The notes below the pieces were generated by a model, which was given only the letters and a program-made list of their open reading frames with translations, was not told the origin of the DNA and searched no databases. The translations under genes were made by a program, and so were the position numbers. DNA of 63,999 bases, counting the filler, from Aduncisulcus paluster (Eukaryota), in assembly GCA_024181965.1 (NCBI GenBank). It is 14 parts of 14 records of this genome, joined end to end, with 100 filler letters (N's around TTAATTAATTAA, not from the genome) between each part and the next. Parts side by side here need not be neighbours in the genome. Positions count along the whole stretch, not along the records: positions 5,269 to 15,023 come from BQXS01011866.1; positions 15,124 to 20,748 come from BQXS01011867.1; positions 20,849 to 23,557 come from BQXS01011869.1; 11 more parts are not named here. One strand, written 5' to 3'. This document shows positions 10,060 through 23,657 of the stretch, piece by piece; position 1 is the stretch's first letter, and every line of letters starts with the position of its first letter.

Positions 10060-13000
10060 ATGAATCGAAGAAATCACCAGCCTCTCCTTTCAGCTGCTGA
10101 ATTATTTCCCGAAGTTCTTGATGAAGGAGCTAAATGGAATTTATTTGAAATGGAGAGACATGCTGAAGAAAGTGATCCTACCCTTGCGTTGAAAAAAGGC
10201 TCCCAACAAATATCAATCGATCCCACTAAATTATCTATGAAATTGAGTACTGTTCCAAGATTCTTTTTTTCCGATAAAACAACAACACCAGAATCAGAAG
10301 AGTCATCATCCAGAAGTAGGAAATCCAAGTCAAAATCAAATGAAACAAGCATATTAGATCTCTGCCAATCAATTCCAAATGCTGAATTGAGTGCTATGTG
10401 TGAAGATCCCTCTGCTAGTATCCGTGAATTGGAAGGGTTTGAAGAAGCCCTGGAACAGAAGCTTCTAAGCATTTCTCAAATTCATAAAACCCAGCTATCA
10501 TCTTCTGTTTCGACACTCAAAGATATTCTTAAATCAAGTGATGAAGTTCTCGCCGGTGTTATAGCCATGAGACATTCGATCAGTATTTCAAGAAGAACGT
10601 CTCTTGATCCTCCATTACGAATTTTAAAACAATCAAAACGGGTTGACAAGTTAAAATCTGTTCAGAAAATCCTTATTTCCCTTAGTGTTGCTGGTCCATT
10701 AGCTGCTCGGGCAAAAGAATTGGCCTCAACTCATAAAACTGATGATTCAATCAAGGCTGCGATGTTAATTGAACGGACCAGGAAGCTTTTAAATGATCAA
10801 AAGCAATCATTACAGACGAAAGCCGGCATTCTTATCCAGAGAGACTTAACTGCCACTTCTACCTCAATTCTAACAACAATTTCAACCTCAATTTGTCATG
10901 TATTAACCAATTATTTTAATTCTAATCAAACTGAATTTGTTTTAAGGATCATGTGGACTGCAGGATTATTGGACAATCGAAACCGTGGTATTGCCCCATT
11001 CATTTCGAATCCATCTCATTTATCCCTATTACCACCAACAAACTTTATATTCCCATTCCAAAAAGATCTTATTGATACGCTTTTATCAGCATTTATTAGT
11101 ATTGTTAGTCATGGACCTTTCAGTGAAGGATACCCCATTGTTTTGATTGTCCATCGGTACTATCCTCGAATCTATCNNNNNNNNNNNNNNNNNNNNCATT
11201 TCGAATCCATCTCATTTATCCCTATTACCACCAACAAACTTTATATTCCCATTCCAAAAAGATCTTATTGATACGCTTTTATCAGCATTTATTAGTATTG
11301 TTAGTCATGGACCTTTCAGTGAAGGATACCCCATTGTTTTGATTGCTCCATCGGTACTATCCTCGAATCTATCACATACATTATCCCTTATTATTAAATT
11401 ATGCTGCTGCGTTGTGTGCGAAAGTGACGAAATACTCAAAGGTGGTGCTCCCAAGGATTCTATGCTCTCCATCTCGCCTATATCTGCACTATCCCTGAAA
11501 GACTCCTCTTCAGCTGCCTCACAACAACAATCCAACCTTCCTGAGATTCCCTTGTCAAAGTTCACAGTGAATGCCATTAAGAACATGTCTCCAGAGGCAG
11601 CGGTGTCCATGATATGTTCATGTCTCAGTGTAGGCCTCAGATATATCATGTGTGTCCGCCATATGGCTGAACTTGTTACAAATATGGCCACTGAGAAAGA
11701 GAAGAGTGAGGGTCTTCATACTCCATCCAAATCCAACGAAAGTGACACAACGACTGCAACTGTTACTACTCCTGTTGCTTCAATGAAAGAAAAGTGTCCC
11801 TCTGCCTCTTCTCTTCTCAAACAGCTTGCCTGTTCTCTCCTCTCATCTCTTCCTGCCCTGGTGTCGACTCTCTCGATGCGTATCAACAGACTCCTACATA
11901 ACAGAGCCCTTACGACTCTTCCTATCATGCACGTTGAGCATTTACGGGCATATGTGCATGGTATCTGTGAGGAGGATGAAGCAGGTACATATTCCACGGT
12001 ATCCGGATCCTCTTTATCCCTATTCCCCCAACTATCTGGTTTATTGTCGAATTTGGACACATCTCTTGCATTTCTTGTCGGTAAACAGTTGACTTCTTTC
12101 CCTCATACCCTCGATGCTGCTTTGTTCGGGGATACTTGGAACCCTATCTCCATCACCGTGGATGTCAAAGCACAAGATGAGGGAGAAGAGGGAGAAGAGG
12201 GAGAAGAGGGAGAAGAGGGAGAAGATCGTCAGGGTGGAGAAGAGAAATCCATGAAGAAAGGAGAGGAAGACGAGACATCCTCCTCTGTGCGTGATTCTGA
12301 GGTATCAAATCAATCAATAGCTCCCAATGGTAGTGCAGCAGTACAGTCTAAACCCGGAGAGTCCTCAGTCACATCTTCTTCCACAACGTCTTCCACGAGA
12401 TCTTCCTTCTCTGAACTCCCTGTGGGAGATAAGAAAGATATCGACCCTTCCCAACAGCAACAGACATCAACATCTTCCGGGGAAGGAAATAGCGCAACCA
12501 AATCACAATCTCTCTCCAATTTATCAGTCCTTTCGTCTTCTCTTGAAGTTCTTGGCATTCTTGCAGGTGTCCATGAACCAGACAAAGATTCAGTCTATAA
12601 AGTGTGTCTCTCTATATTCGAGGCTATAGAGCCTTGGGCAGAACAACACTCTTCCTCCTCTTCTTCTTCCTCCTCTTCTTCTTCCTCGTGTTGTCCAGCT
12701 CCTCGCCAGACAGATAAGAAAGATATCGACCCTTCCCAACAGCAACAGACATCAACATCTTCCGGGGAAGGAAATAGCGCAACCAAATCACAATCTCTCT
12801 CCAATTTATCAGTCCTTTCGTCTTCTCTTGAAGTTCTTGGCATTCTTGCAGGTGTCCATGAACCAGACAAAGATTCAGTCTATAAAGTGTGTCTCTCTAT
12901 ATTCGAGGCTATAGAGCCTTGGGCAGAACAACACTCTTCCTCCTCTTCTTCTTCCTCCTCTTCTTCTTCCTCGTGTTGTCCAGCTCCTCGCCAGACAGAT

Positions 13001-14440
13001 GAGAAAGATATATCTGGAACTGTTGGCTCCAAACAACCAGCTATAGCCACGACTTCTATTGAGACAAGTGTTCCCTCTGGACCCGTTGTTGATGACCCAT
13101 TGAGCAGAGCTCAAGCAATGGCCTCTCAACCAAAGCAACAACCTAAGCAACAACCACCAACAGATCCACTTTCCCTTGCTGCCTCTCAAGAATCATCCCA
13201 TGTCTCTCATTCTCACCCACATCCAATCTCAGATCCCCTTGGCAATCCAGCCCTACCTGCCTCAACAAATGCACCCTCCACTGCTGTTCCTCCATCTATC
13301 ACCACTGCTGTTCAATCAACTCCCACGAGTCCTGCTGTGCCAGCCAAGCTCCCATCTTCGTGTTCATGTGTTCTGACTTCTTCCTTCATGACTTTCCTCT
13401 CAATGTTGTCCTCTTCATTGCACCACGTCTCCCTCTGTCCGTCTCTAGCCGGTGATTATTTACAGGCGGTTGTCGATCTCGTGTCACAATTCTTAAATCG
13501 GAGCAATTCACTTGTTTTGGATGGACAATGTGTTCGCAGAGGTGTGGTACGTAGGATTAATAGTGTGACATTTTGTACTTGCGGGCAGGTTGGAAGAGGA
13601 GTTGTTCTTACCGCCGTGGGTATTTGTGGACTTATATGGAGACAAATGACCGAGTGGAAGGCCTCTTTGAAGGCTGAAGAAGAGAATGACGTTCGGATGA
13701 GAGAAAAACTCTCAGCCATTAAGAAAGGGGATTCTACAGCTTCCTGCGAAGATGATAAGATCGCAGAGAGTATTTGGATACGGAAAGTCACGGAAAGGAG
13801 TACAAATATGAGGTACATTGCTGATTTCTTTGTCCGTTTCCCTTCATTCGTCTCTTTATTGCACTCTTTAAATAGAACGGCTGGTTCAATCACGCGTGCT
13901 ACCTTGGACAAATTACCTAACTTGATCTACCAAAGGACGAAAAGCAGAGGTAGTGATTGGAGCAAAGAGATTACAAGTTTAATCACTCAACAAAGCCACT
14001 CTATGTCAACAACACACTCTTCTCCATCTGCGCCAGGTCCAATGCCATTGAATCGATCTCATTCATCTTTCTCGCTCTCTCTTTCTGCAGATTCCCCGCC
14101 TCCATCGAAGGCACTCACTCACCTCTTCTATGATGTGGCCAAGATGAGTGATACAATTAGCATGATCGTTTGTGCAAAAGAATTGTATGAAATCGCACAA
14201 ATCAGCATCAATGTGATGTGTAATACGTTGAAACAAACAATAATATCATTGCCACGCAAAGTAATCCCATTCGCAGCCAAAAGCGTCAGTGTTGTTTGTG
14301 ACTTTGTAAAGGGACCTGCATCAAAGATTAAACCCGAGGAATGTGTATTTCTTAGGGGTAAAATAGATAATATTAAACGAAAACTCGGGAATAGCGATTG
14401 GCTCCTTGTTGAATTGGCCAAAGCCACAGAGCCCAAATAA
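10060..14440 (+). CDS. VPS54: GARP complex subunit Vps54 (one gene split by the gap artefact at 11177-11196)
   Basis: N-terminal coiled coil LEGFEEALEQKLLSISQIH...AMRHSI...PLRILKQSKRVDKLKSVQKIL resembles Vps54_N. LDAALFGDTWNPI and the C-terminal LVSQFLNRSNSLVLDGQCVRRGVVRRI resemble Vps54 FNSRSCQLVLGAGA...LKTIT. Confidence 0.75.
12427..12996 (+). repeat. Exact in-frame 285-bp tandem duplication within VPS54
   Basis: 12427-12711 matches 12712-12996; the 95-aa block DKKDIDPSQQQQ...CCPAPRQT is repeated. Confidence 0.95.
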
Positions 14441-14954
14441 AAACTGTTACCATCCGTGATATGAGGAGGGTGTTGTTGTCAATAACACCATAACATAAAT
14501 ATTGAATAGAATTTCATTGTATTGACTTGTCTTTTGTTTTTTTCATCTGTTTTGAGAGAGAAACGTAGAAACTTTAAGAAACACTCCTAACCCGAAATCC
14601 CCTTGTCTGAGTCTATTATGGACAATTAATTTCCCAAATAAATCATGTCGAGATACCTCAATCAACACCAATGTGAGCGATCTTTGTCTTGTTGTAATCC
14701 AACGATTTTGGCAAAATCATTTTACACCGCCTTGCAAGCCATAAAATAGTATCTTGATGGAAGTTGTCTTATTAATATACATTCATGGTACTATTCTGAT
14801 GATAAATTTCGGTTGAACCCTTGCTCTGCCAGTGTCAATCATTTCAAACCAATCATCTGCAATCCGAACAGAAAATCAATCTGATCGATTTTGAATCGTC
14901 AACTCTTTCTTTTCCTTGCAACTCTATAACCAGCACAAAAAAAACAACCTTAAA

Positions 14955-15023
14955 ATGGGAAACGCCTTTTCATCTTGCAGTGGTAAAACTAAAGCTATTG
15001 ATGCTAAACCCGTCGATTCTAAG
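14955..15023 (+). CDS. 5' fragment of a probably N-myristoylated protein
   Basis: A-rich leader, then ATG and MGNAFSSCSGKTKAIDAKPVDSK open to the contig end. MGxxxS myristoylation consensus with a nearby Cys. Confidence 0.55.
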
Positions 15024-15123
15024 NNNNNNNNNNNNNNNNNNNNNNNNNNNNNNNNNNNNNNNNNNNNTTAATTAATTAANNNNNNNNNNNNNNNNNNNNN
15101 NNNNNNNNNNNNNNNNNNNNNNN

Positions 15124-17192
15124 AGTTCATATTTCATCGGTGGATAGAGTGTGAATAGGGAGAAAGCAATGTGGGCCAAGTGGAAAGCAATGAAAGAAGC
15201 ATCGGAACAACATGACACGAGGCAAAAACGATGCACAAATGCTGCCAAAGTCTGGATTGGAGGAGCAGTAAAAGATAACAGCCTGAGATCGTCAAGAACT
15301 TCAACAGAAAGTCCATTAATCTCTTTCGATAACACAAACTCTTCCCTTTTGAGTGATGACAAGATCACACCATCTTCTCTTTCCTCTTTCTCTTCTTCTT
15401 CTTTCTCTTCTTCTTCTTTATCCTCAATATCTTCTAACCAATACAACCAATCGAGATTACCGCAGAGCATAAGGCTGGTGAGTCCACTGTGTTTCTTGCA
15501 AAGATCATAAGAAGACGCTATTCCCGCATTCTTTTGATCTCTATCAGAACGGGAGTAGGATGAGAATGACAGAGCATAAAGCACAGAAATGATATTCTCA
15601 TGGCATGAGAGAGAAGTAAATCTATTTATAGAATCAATTGAAGAATTTCCAGCATTCTTGCCTTTCCTCCCCTGACGTTCTATTTCCTCTTGTCTGCGAT
15701 GTACAAGCCTTTCCTTGGCTCTCTTCTCTGCGAAAATGTTGGCAGCAAGACAATGGAGAATAAGATCAAGCAGGGAAGAGCATGATAAGCTTGAGTATAT
15801 TCCACTCACGTATCTTCCTTGCTGCTCATCTTGTTGATCCTTACAAGGGGTCAGATTGGCCTCAATGAATCGACATACCTCGAAGACATAGTCGGGGGAT
15901 ATGAAGCCAGCATATGTGGAGAACACGTAGAGACATGCGGAGAAGAGAGGAGAGGACGAATGGTGAGTGACAATGCGAGAACAACAATTGTACAACATTC
16001 CAAGAGAACGGGCATGACATTTGTCTCTGGCGGACTGGGCCTCAAGCTCTTGACCTTTGAGAGTTTGAGCTTTGATTTCCATCTTGTCAGACGTTTGTTT
16101 TTCGTGTTTACGACGTTTTTCTTCACTATCTTTTTTTTCTTGCATTTTCTTCTTGTATTTCTGCTTATCCTTCTTTGATATGAGCTTCTCTTTCTCTTCA
16201 CGTTCAATTCTGGCATATTTAAGGCGTTTTTGTTTCCTATCCTCCATCTTTTCAGCCTGGAGTGCTCGGTTCATCTGTCCTGAAACGGGATCAATGTTAT
16301 GGAACTTATCGCTCACATTCTTCCTGCTAGTGGTTTTAACAAGGTATATATTGATGAAAGGACGAAGGAATAAGGGAGATGAGGAGGGATGGCGTTTGAT
16401 ATGCTGAGTGATCTCTCTTGTCAGCTCTGAAGTGATATATCCAGTTGTATCGGAATGTTCAAGAAGTGTACGGCACGTATCTTGAACAATATTACGGATT
16501 TCTTCGTCTTTATCAGCCAAATACTTGTAAATATGAGCAACAATCACATCGGCGTAATTAAAGTCGGGTTTGGAAGATAATAACTGACATAATATCCTGA
16601 TAGCAGTTTTTTTAAGATCAGGAGTATCCGAAAAGGTGAGAAACTTCATAACAAGGCTGAGGAAATAATTGTATTGTTCGAGAAGGGCTTTCAGAAACCT
16701 TTGCTTATTGCTAACCTCTTTGGACATTCTAAAACCTTTCTTTCTTTTCTCTTCTTCATCTTTCTCCATTTTTTCAACATTTATCCGCGCGGTAGGGAGG
16801 ATATCAGAATAGACAAGAGCCAAACTACCAAGAGCGGTAATAGAGATGATAGATGAAACTGGACGTGATGGAACTGGAACAGACACACTGGCAAGAAGAT
16901 CTTCGGCATCTCTTCGTTCCTTACCACTTGTTAATGGGTTAATATTGATCTTTTTTGTTTTCTTTGATTGCTTTCCAGTGATAATAAATGATAAATCAAC
17001 TTGAGGAGAAGGCTTACGCGGTGGTACATATCCTCGAGCTGCCACTTCAATTAAATATGCAAGGATTGGATGATTACTTGGATTTGCAGAAACATCTTGA
17101 CATATCTCAACAATGGTATCTTGAGCCTTTAGGATCTTTTCTTGAGTTATATTAAGAGCTGTAGAAAGTTCTCTTGACAATATTTTGCTCAT
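15124..17192 (-). CDS. NOC3: Nucleolar complex protein 3 (Noc3), 3' truncated
   Basis: ALGSLALVYSDILPTARI, FLKALLEQYNYFL and AIRILCQLLSSKPDFNYADVI match Noc3 motifs. Central K/E-rich region; C-terminal LAAFVHRF resembles the CBF/Mak21 domain. Confidence 0.85.
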
Positions 17193-17265
17193 CTTCCTAA
17201 ATCCAAAAATGATTTCTTCGCATTCTCGAAAATAACAAGATATAAATTTAAAATAGTCTTGTAAA

Positions 17266-18634
17266 ATGAAAACTATAAATCGAGAAGTTGCTGAGTATCA
17301 ATATACAACTGAGCAATTAATTAAAGAATCAGAAGAGATTAAAGAAGGCCCCTTAAAAGAGAGTGAAGTTATTATACAATCACTTCCAGAGTTAAGAAGT
17401 GAACAGATACGTAATAGACAGAAATTTGAAAGACTTGTAAGGGATAGGCCTGAGTTGTTCGGGAATTGGATAAAGTATGCTAATTTTGAAGAGAATCAAC
17501 GTGAATTTCTTAGGGCCAGATCTATATTTGAAAGAGCCATTGAGGTTGATTATCGTTCTCCAATGATATGGGAGGCTTATTTCAAGATGGAATCCTCGAA
17601 TGAATTCCATACTGCTGCTAAGGCTGTTATGGAGAGAGCCATTGGATTATTGCCTAGAGAAGATCATTTGTGGAGGAAATATGTTCGTTTTATTCGGAAA
17701 CATGGTACTCCAGGTGAGATTAGGTCAGTGTTTTCAAGATGGCTATCATGGGATCCTCCCAAGGATGCTTATACGAGTTTTTCTGCATTTGAAGATTCTA
17801 TTGAATCATATTANNNNNNNNNNNNNNNNNNNNAGAGCCATTGGATTATTGCCTAGAGAAGATCATTTGTGGAGGAAATATGTTCGTTTTATTCGGAAAC
17901 ATGGTACTCCAGGTGAGATTAGGTCAGTGTTTTCAAGATGGCTATCATGGGATCCTCCCAAGGATGCTTATACGAGTTTTTCTGCATTTGAAGATTCTAT
18001 TGAATCATATTATCGTGCTGATGGTATATTACGGTTGATGTGTGAGCGTTTAGCAGGAGTTTCATCCATTTGTGAAAGTGGAAGAGTTGCCTCCTTGATT
18101 GCTGAGGAAGAATGGTATAATAGACAGCAAGGAAAGGTGAAAGGGACCATGAAAATGGATAAAAGTGGAAAGAAAAAACATATTCGTCAACGTTTAGAAA
18201 AAGATGAGGAGGAGGATGTTTCGGAACATAAAGAGGCTTTGGGGGAAAAGATATCCCAAAATAGCGGTATTTCGAGTGTTGAGACTGCATCGATAACATT
18301 GGCCATGCATATTAGTAAGAAAGTGACTGAGTTTGTGCACAAAAGAATGTCCATGTGGGAAGAATGGATGCAATATAGATTCAAAAGGTTTGGCCCTAAA
18401 TTATTGCTTGATGGATGGCGTAAAGTTACTCGAATGCACCATTCTTTACCATTGAGTTCGATTGCAATGACATTGTCTCCGTCTGTTTTGTTTTCAAGAC
18501 TTGTGGCTTGCGATTATGCCCATCATGTTGCTTCTCGTGCCATCTTCAAACATAGCACAAATACAACTGAGGCTTCTGAGTTTCTCACTTCTTTTTTTAG
18601 TCAAATTTCATCCATTCACATTCCTGATCTATTG

Positions 18635-18669
<35 letters not shown>

Positions 18670-20632
18670 TTCCTCTTCTTCTTCTTCTTCTTTTTCTTTC
18701 TCTTCCTTATATGACTTTCCCTTGTCCTCTGCTTCACTTTCCTATTATAAGCAGATGAGTGGATCACGGATCGATGCTGAAGCTTCAATTATACAAAGAA
18801 ATATTGATTCTATTTTTAGAACATTACGAGTTGAGAAACTGTTCAAATCCAAAGAAGAAGGATATTTCTTGTCCTTTCCTGATTCTTTGTGTTCTTCAAT
18901 ATCGTCCGATCAATTACTCCAGATTACTCATCTTTTGTGCTCAAAGGGTAAGTATTATCCGCGCGAATGGTTGAAATTATCCCTACCATTTCTCTCGTCT
19001 CTCTTGTTCCGTGTTTCTTTTTTTGAAAAGAGTTTCCGTGAGTTTGAAGGTCTCGTTGATACTTGCTTCATGATCTCTGATTTCATCCTAACTCAGGGTC
19101 AATCCAAAGGTGGGGAGAAGAAAAAGAGAAGAGATGGAATGGAAATGGGAGACGTTTCTTCCTCCTTCCTTGCTCGTAAAGAAGAAGATTGTATGGAATC
19201 GTATTTTGATGGTGCAGTGTCATTCGATGATTGTGATGTTTTCTGGAAAAAGTTCGTGAATGTACATTGTATAAAGAAACTTGAGCAAATATCCTTTAAG
19301 AAAATTGGTTTTCTATTCAGTTCGATTATTAATTTCTATTCTCGGATATCTTATTCCGATCAAGCTGCAAAATGGGCTGAAAAGGGGTGGAATCTGATGG
19401 AACAGAAGGCTGCCATGATATTTGATAAAGTCATCAAAGAATCAAGACACTCTGACCATTTTTCTCATTCTAAAAATATACAAACTGATTCTTCCGAATT
19501 AAACATTCCTCTGCAATCCCTAGGACAAGAACAACTCAATTATTTGTCAGTTTTGATATCTGCACTCTTGATTCATGATAAAATGATGGTATCAACAACA
19601 ATGATAAAAATAGCCGAGAAATATTCTCACCAAGCTGTTATTTGGCTATTTTTAGCACATGTTATGAGAGCTACTGGCGTTTGTGAGTCTATAGAAGAAA
19701 TTCTTTTGGAGGCTTGTTCCCCTCAATATAACTTGGATGACATTACCATCATTCATTGCGAACTAATGAGTATCAATCCAAAATATTGTTTTTCTCAAAT
19801 TTTGAATTATTCTCAGCATCCGATTCTATTTTTGGATACGATGCGTGCTCTGTTAAAAGTTGCTTCTCAATCTCTCAAGAATGGTGATTCCGAGACGTGC
19901 ATTCAATATGTTGACAGGGCATCGAAGACATTCAGAATATGGAATGAACTTTATAAACATTTGATAATGGAAGCCAAAGCTCAACGATCAATGCTCTCTC
20001 AAAAGAGTGAAGAAGATTTACTCCTTATTCCGCCAATCTCCATTGAAGTTCCCTTGGGGGATTCTTTTCCAATCGACCGGTTGACATTATCGGTATCTCC
20101 ATTCCTTTTGTCTCTATTTTTATCCTCAAATCTCTCTTCTGAGGCTATTTCGCTTCGAAAGAGCATCAAAGATATTATTCAAGCCGCTAAAGAAATGGAA
20201 AACCAGTTTAAGTTGGCTGAGATTGTTGAAAAAAGGAATCTTATATCTGTTCGAGAAGTCGTTGTTCGCAAGGAAAAAGGTTCTTCGTCCTCCACTTCTA
20301 AAAAGTCAACTGAAAGAAAAGGTGAAGAAGAGGAGGAAGAGGAGGAAGAGGAGGAAGAGGAGGAAGAGGAAGAGGAAAGTGATTTGATCGATTACGCTGT
20401 TATTTTTGACACTTTAAAAGAAGATGAGGGAAAGGGTATTGTTTTAAAGAAAGAAGGAGAAGAGAAAGAAGAACCATTCACTGATGGGAAAGATAAACAA
20501 GAGGTTGGACAGATTCAAGCCCCCAGTTCACCACAAATCCAAGAACCGACTATTATAGATTGGAAAGCTAAGTTGGCTGAGCTTGAAGCGGAGGAATATA
20601 GTGAGGAATATAGTGAAGAATCAGAGGATTAG
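17266..20632 (+). CDS. CLF1: Crooked neck / Clf1 / Syf3 HAT-repeat pre-mRNA splicing factor (split by the gap artefact at 17814-17833)
   Basis: TTEQLIKE...RQKFERLVR...GNWIKYANFEENQREFLRARSIFERAIEVDYRSPMIW...ERAIGLLPREDHLWRKY is the Crn/Clf1 N-terminus. The C-terminal part is highly divergent. Confidence 0.88.
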
Positions 20633-20848
20633 GATGTGAGAAATTTGAAGCTTTATGGCTCAGAAGTCTCGAATGTAACAGTATTGAAGGAAGAGAACTT
20701 TTTTTTCGAATATGCTGGGGGTTTATGATTGTTCTCTTCACTAGAAAGNNNNNNNNNNNNNNNNNNNNNNNNNNNNNNNNNNNNNNNNNNNNTTAATTAA
20801 TTAANNNNNNNNNNNNNNNNNNNNNNNNNNNNNNNNNNNNNNNNNNNN

Positions 20849-23557
20849 TTAACAAATATTACAACACATATATCTGAAGACTATGGTGATTCTGAGTTGG
20901 ATATATCAGCGAGAGCAAGAAGAGAAAGAGGAAGCGAGGAAGAGATGAGTTATGATCACCAAAAACAAGGGATAATGGCTTCTCCTTCTCTCACTTCTTC
21001 TCCTTCTCTCACTTCTTCTTCTTCTTTCTCAACTGTTCCAAATTTAGGTATTATCGGATCAAACTTTTCACCTGTGATGAACAAAAATATCCTTACCATT
21101 ATCCATCCACCCACTGATCTAAAAATAGACTCTTTCTCAGCACGATCTAGATCATCTCGAAATGTTGCCGAAGAAATGCGAAAGATATACAAGCGTACAA
21201 ACAGTAAGATCGGACAATATTCTTCATCTTCTTCCTCGTCTTCTTCCTCTGCTGCTGCTTCTTCTTCTTCTTCTTCTTCCTCTGCTGCTTCTTCGACTTC
21301 CACCCTAGGCATATCTACTCTAGGCATTTCCCCCACTATTACTCAAAGTTCTCCATTAACTGATGAATTCTCCTTTGTCCATCATGGAAATACTCCAACT
21401 CCAATTGGCTGTGAAGATTCAGAAAGATCTCAGTCATCGTACCAACCTGTATCAAAAGGAACTCATTTCACAACTGCAGTCCCCCATTTGCAACGGTTTG
21501 TTTCATCCGTGTTTCAATCCATTAATCAAGAACATATTGTTTGGGACGACGAACGTACTGTTCAGTCAAGGACAGTGGTTACTGAAGTTCGTTCAAGATT
21601 AATGAGAAGGATCGAGAATATGCACAAGAAAAACAAATTAAGAAATAGAAAGATAGATATAAAAAAGGAAGTAGAAATGATGCAAAAACAATATCGTAGA
21701 TTGTTGAAGAAAAGCAAGAAAATCAAACGACTTGAAAACCTTCGAAGAATACAACTTGTGGCCGGTATTTCTACCGTCTCAGCCGGTGCTGGTGATTATT
21801 ATGACGATACTGCTCTCAGTGGTTGTTCCACTCATCGAGATGGAGGTGTTGGATACATTGGTGTAGATGAAACGACTGAAGCCGGAGGTGATTGTTTTTT
21901 CCATGACAATGATGTATATCACCATCACTGTGGATGTGTTCGGAGAAAACCAGTGAATGAATACGTTTTGGATATTGAAGAAGAGAGTGAATGTTCTGTG
22001 TGTGGACATGTGAGGAAAAAAGGAGAGATTTGGGTTAAAGGTAAGCTTGTAGGTTCTGTTTTAAACATGTTAAACCCGAACCTCAATCCATCAATGGCTC
22101 GTAGAGTTTCTGTAATAGCTGAATATCAAGGAAATGAATTCCTAGATGATTATTCCCCTTCCTCAATGTATGAATTGAAAATGCATGGACCTTTCCTCCC
22201 TCAATCAAATAAGATAAAAATAGAGATGAAATTGGTCAGAGAAGGTCAATGGGAAATGTTAGACACAAGAAATGTCGATGAAGAAACACGAGAAGATCTA
22301 CAGAGTGTCACCGATGACATGTTAGAGTCTATTTTATCTGGTGCTTTCACAAGCAAAGAGAATAGTTTTATTAGTCTAAATGGAGAAGAGGATGAGGATG
22401 ATGAAGAGTTTGATGGACATGGCGTTAGAATACATGGATCATCAGATCACAGTAGTTATTCTGATCTTTCAGAGGATTTCTCTGTTATTGAACGGCATTC
22501 GGGAACCTTTAATGAATCATCTGTTCATTCATTTTCTGACGACATTCCTAAATCTGATTTAATGACTAGGTTGTCTAGTTTCTCATCTAAACCTAAAATT
22601 AGCTCTTTATTGTTTAATTTTGACCCGTCCAAAAAGAACTCTGCCAAGAAAAAACGTGGGAAATTTAGGAGAAGAAAAGGAAGAAAACCTTCAAAGAAAG
22701 GAAGAGAAGGAAGAGAAGGAAGAGAAGGAAGAGAAGAGGAAGAGTATTCATACGAGTATACATACACAAATAGCGAGGAAAACTGGTTGCCTTCATTACA
22801 GACTGTACGAGAACGTGCAGAGAAAAAAATATCATCGGCCGGAGACGGTGGAGACGGTAGTTTTGCCGATAATAATAACAATTTAACTCTAAATGGCAGT
22901 GGGAGTGAAGTTACAGAGTTATCTGATTCATCTACTGAAGAAACAAATCCATTGTTCAGACAACAATCAAAGACTCAGTTTGCTGAAGGAGAGAAAGAGA
23001 GAGAGAGAGAGGGAAGAGAAAATAATGCCTGAGAAGATCAAAATGGAGTTTTTATTTAATCATTTCGAGAAATTCTTCCCAACACCTATATATCTTCGTC
23101 AAAAAAGGAAAACCAAACCAAGTGAAGAAAGAGAGAAGAAAGAAGAGAAGGAAGAAGAGGAAAAGAAGAAGAGAAGTATTGGAAGAAATCTGATGTCTTC
23201 CAAGAGAAGCCTTGGTAGCATAATTCATGATCAAAGCAAACAACGAAATGATAAGGCTTTATTTCATGATAATTCAATAGAACAAGTTGATGGAAGTGAT
23301 GTTTGTTATGATATGGAACATAAAAATATGCATAATATGACGTTATATGAGAGAAAACAAAAGATATGGCTTGAAAATGAAAAGATAAAGAAACTCCAAA
23401 GAGAAGGAAGAGAAGAGCAAAGAGAAGAGGAAGAGGAGGAGGAGGAGGAAGAGTATTCAACTTTGTCCTATTCTTATGAATATTGCAGTGCATTTGAAGA
23501 AGAAGAAGAAGAAGAAGAAAAGGAAGAAGAAGAAGAAGAGGAGGAGGAGTCTTCAAG
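20849..23557 (+). CDS. Low-complexity hypothetical protein, partial at both ends, probable frameshift in an (AG)n tract near 22990-23030
   Basis: Frame open from the contig start to 23032. The overlapping ORF 22893-23557 continues with the same composition and the same EEEYS/YSYEY motifs. Confidence 0.65.
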
Positions 23558-23657
23558 NNNNNNNNNNNNNNNNNNNNNNNNNNNNNNNNNNNNNNNNNNN
23601 NTTAATTAATTAANNNNNNNNNNNNNNNNNNNNNNNNNNNNNNNNNNNNNNNNNNNN

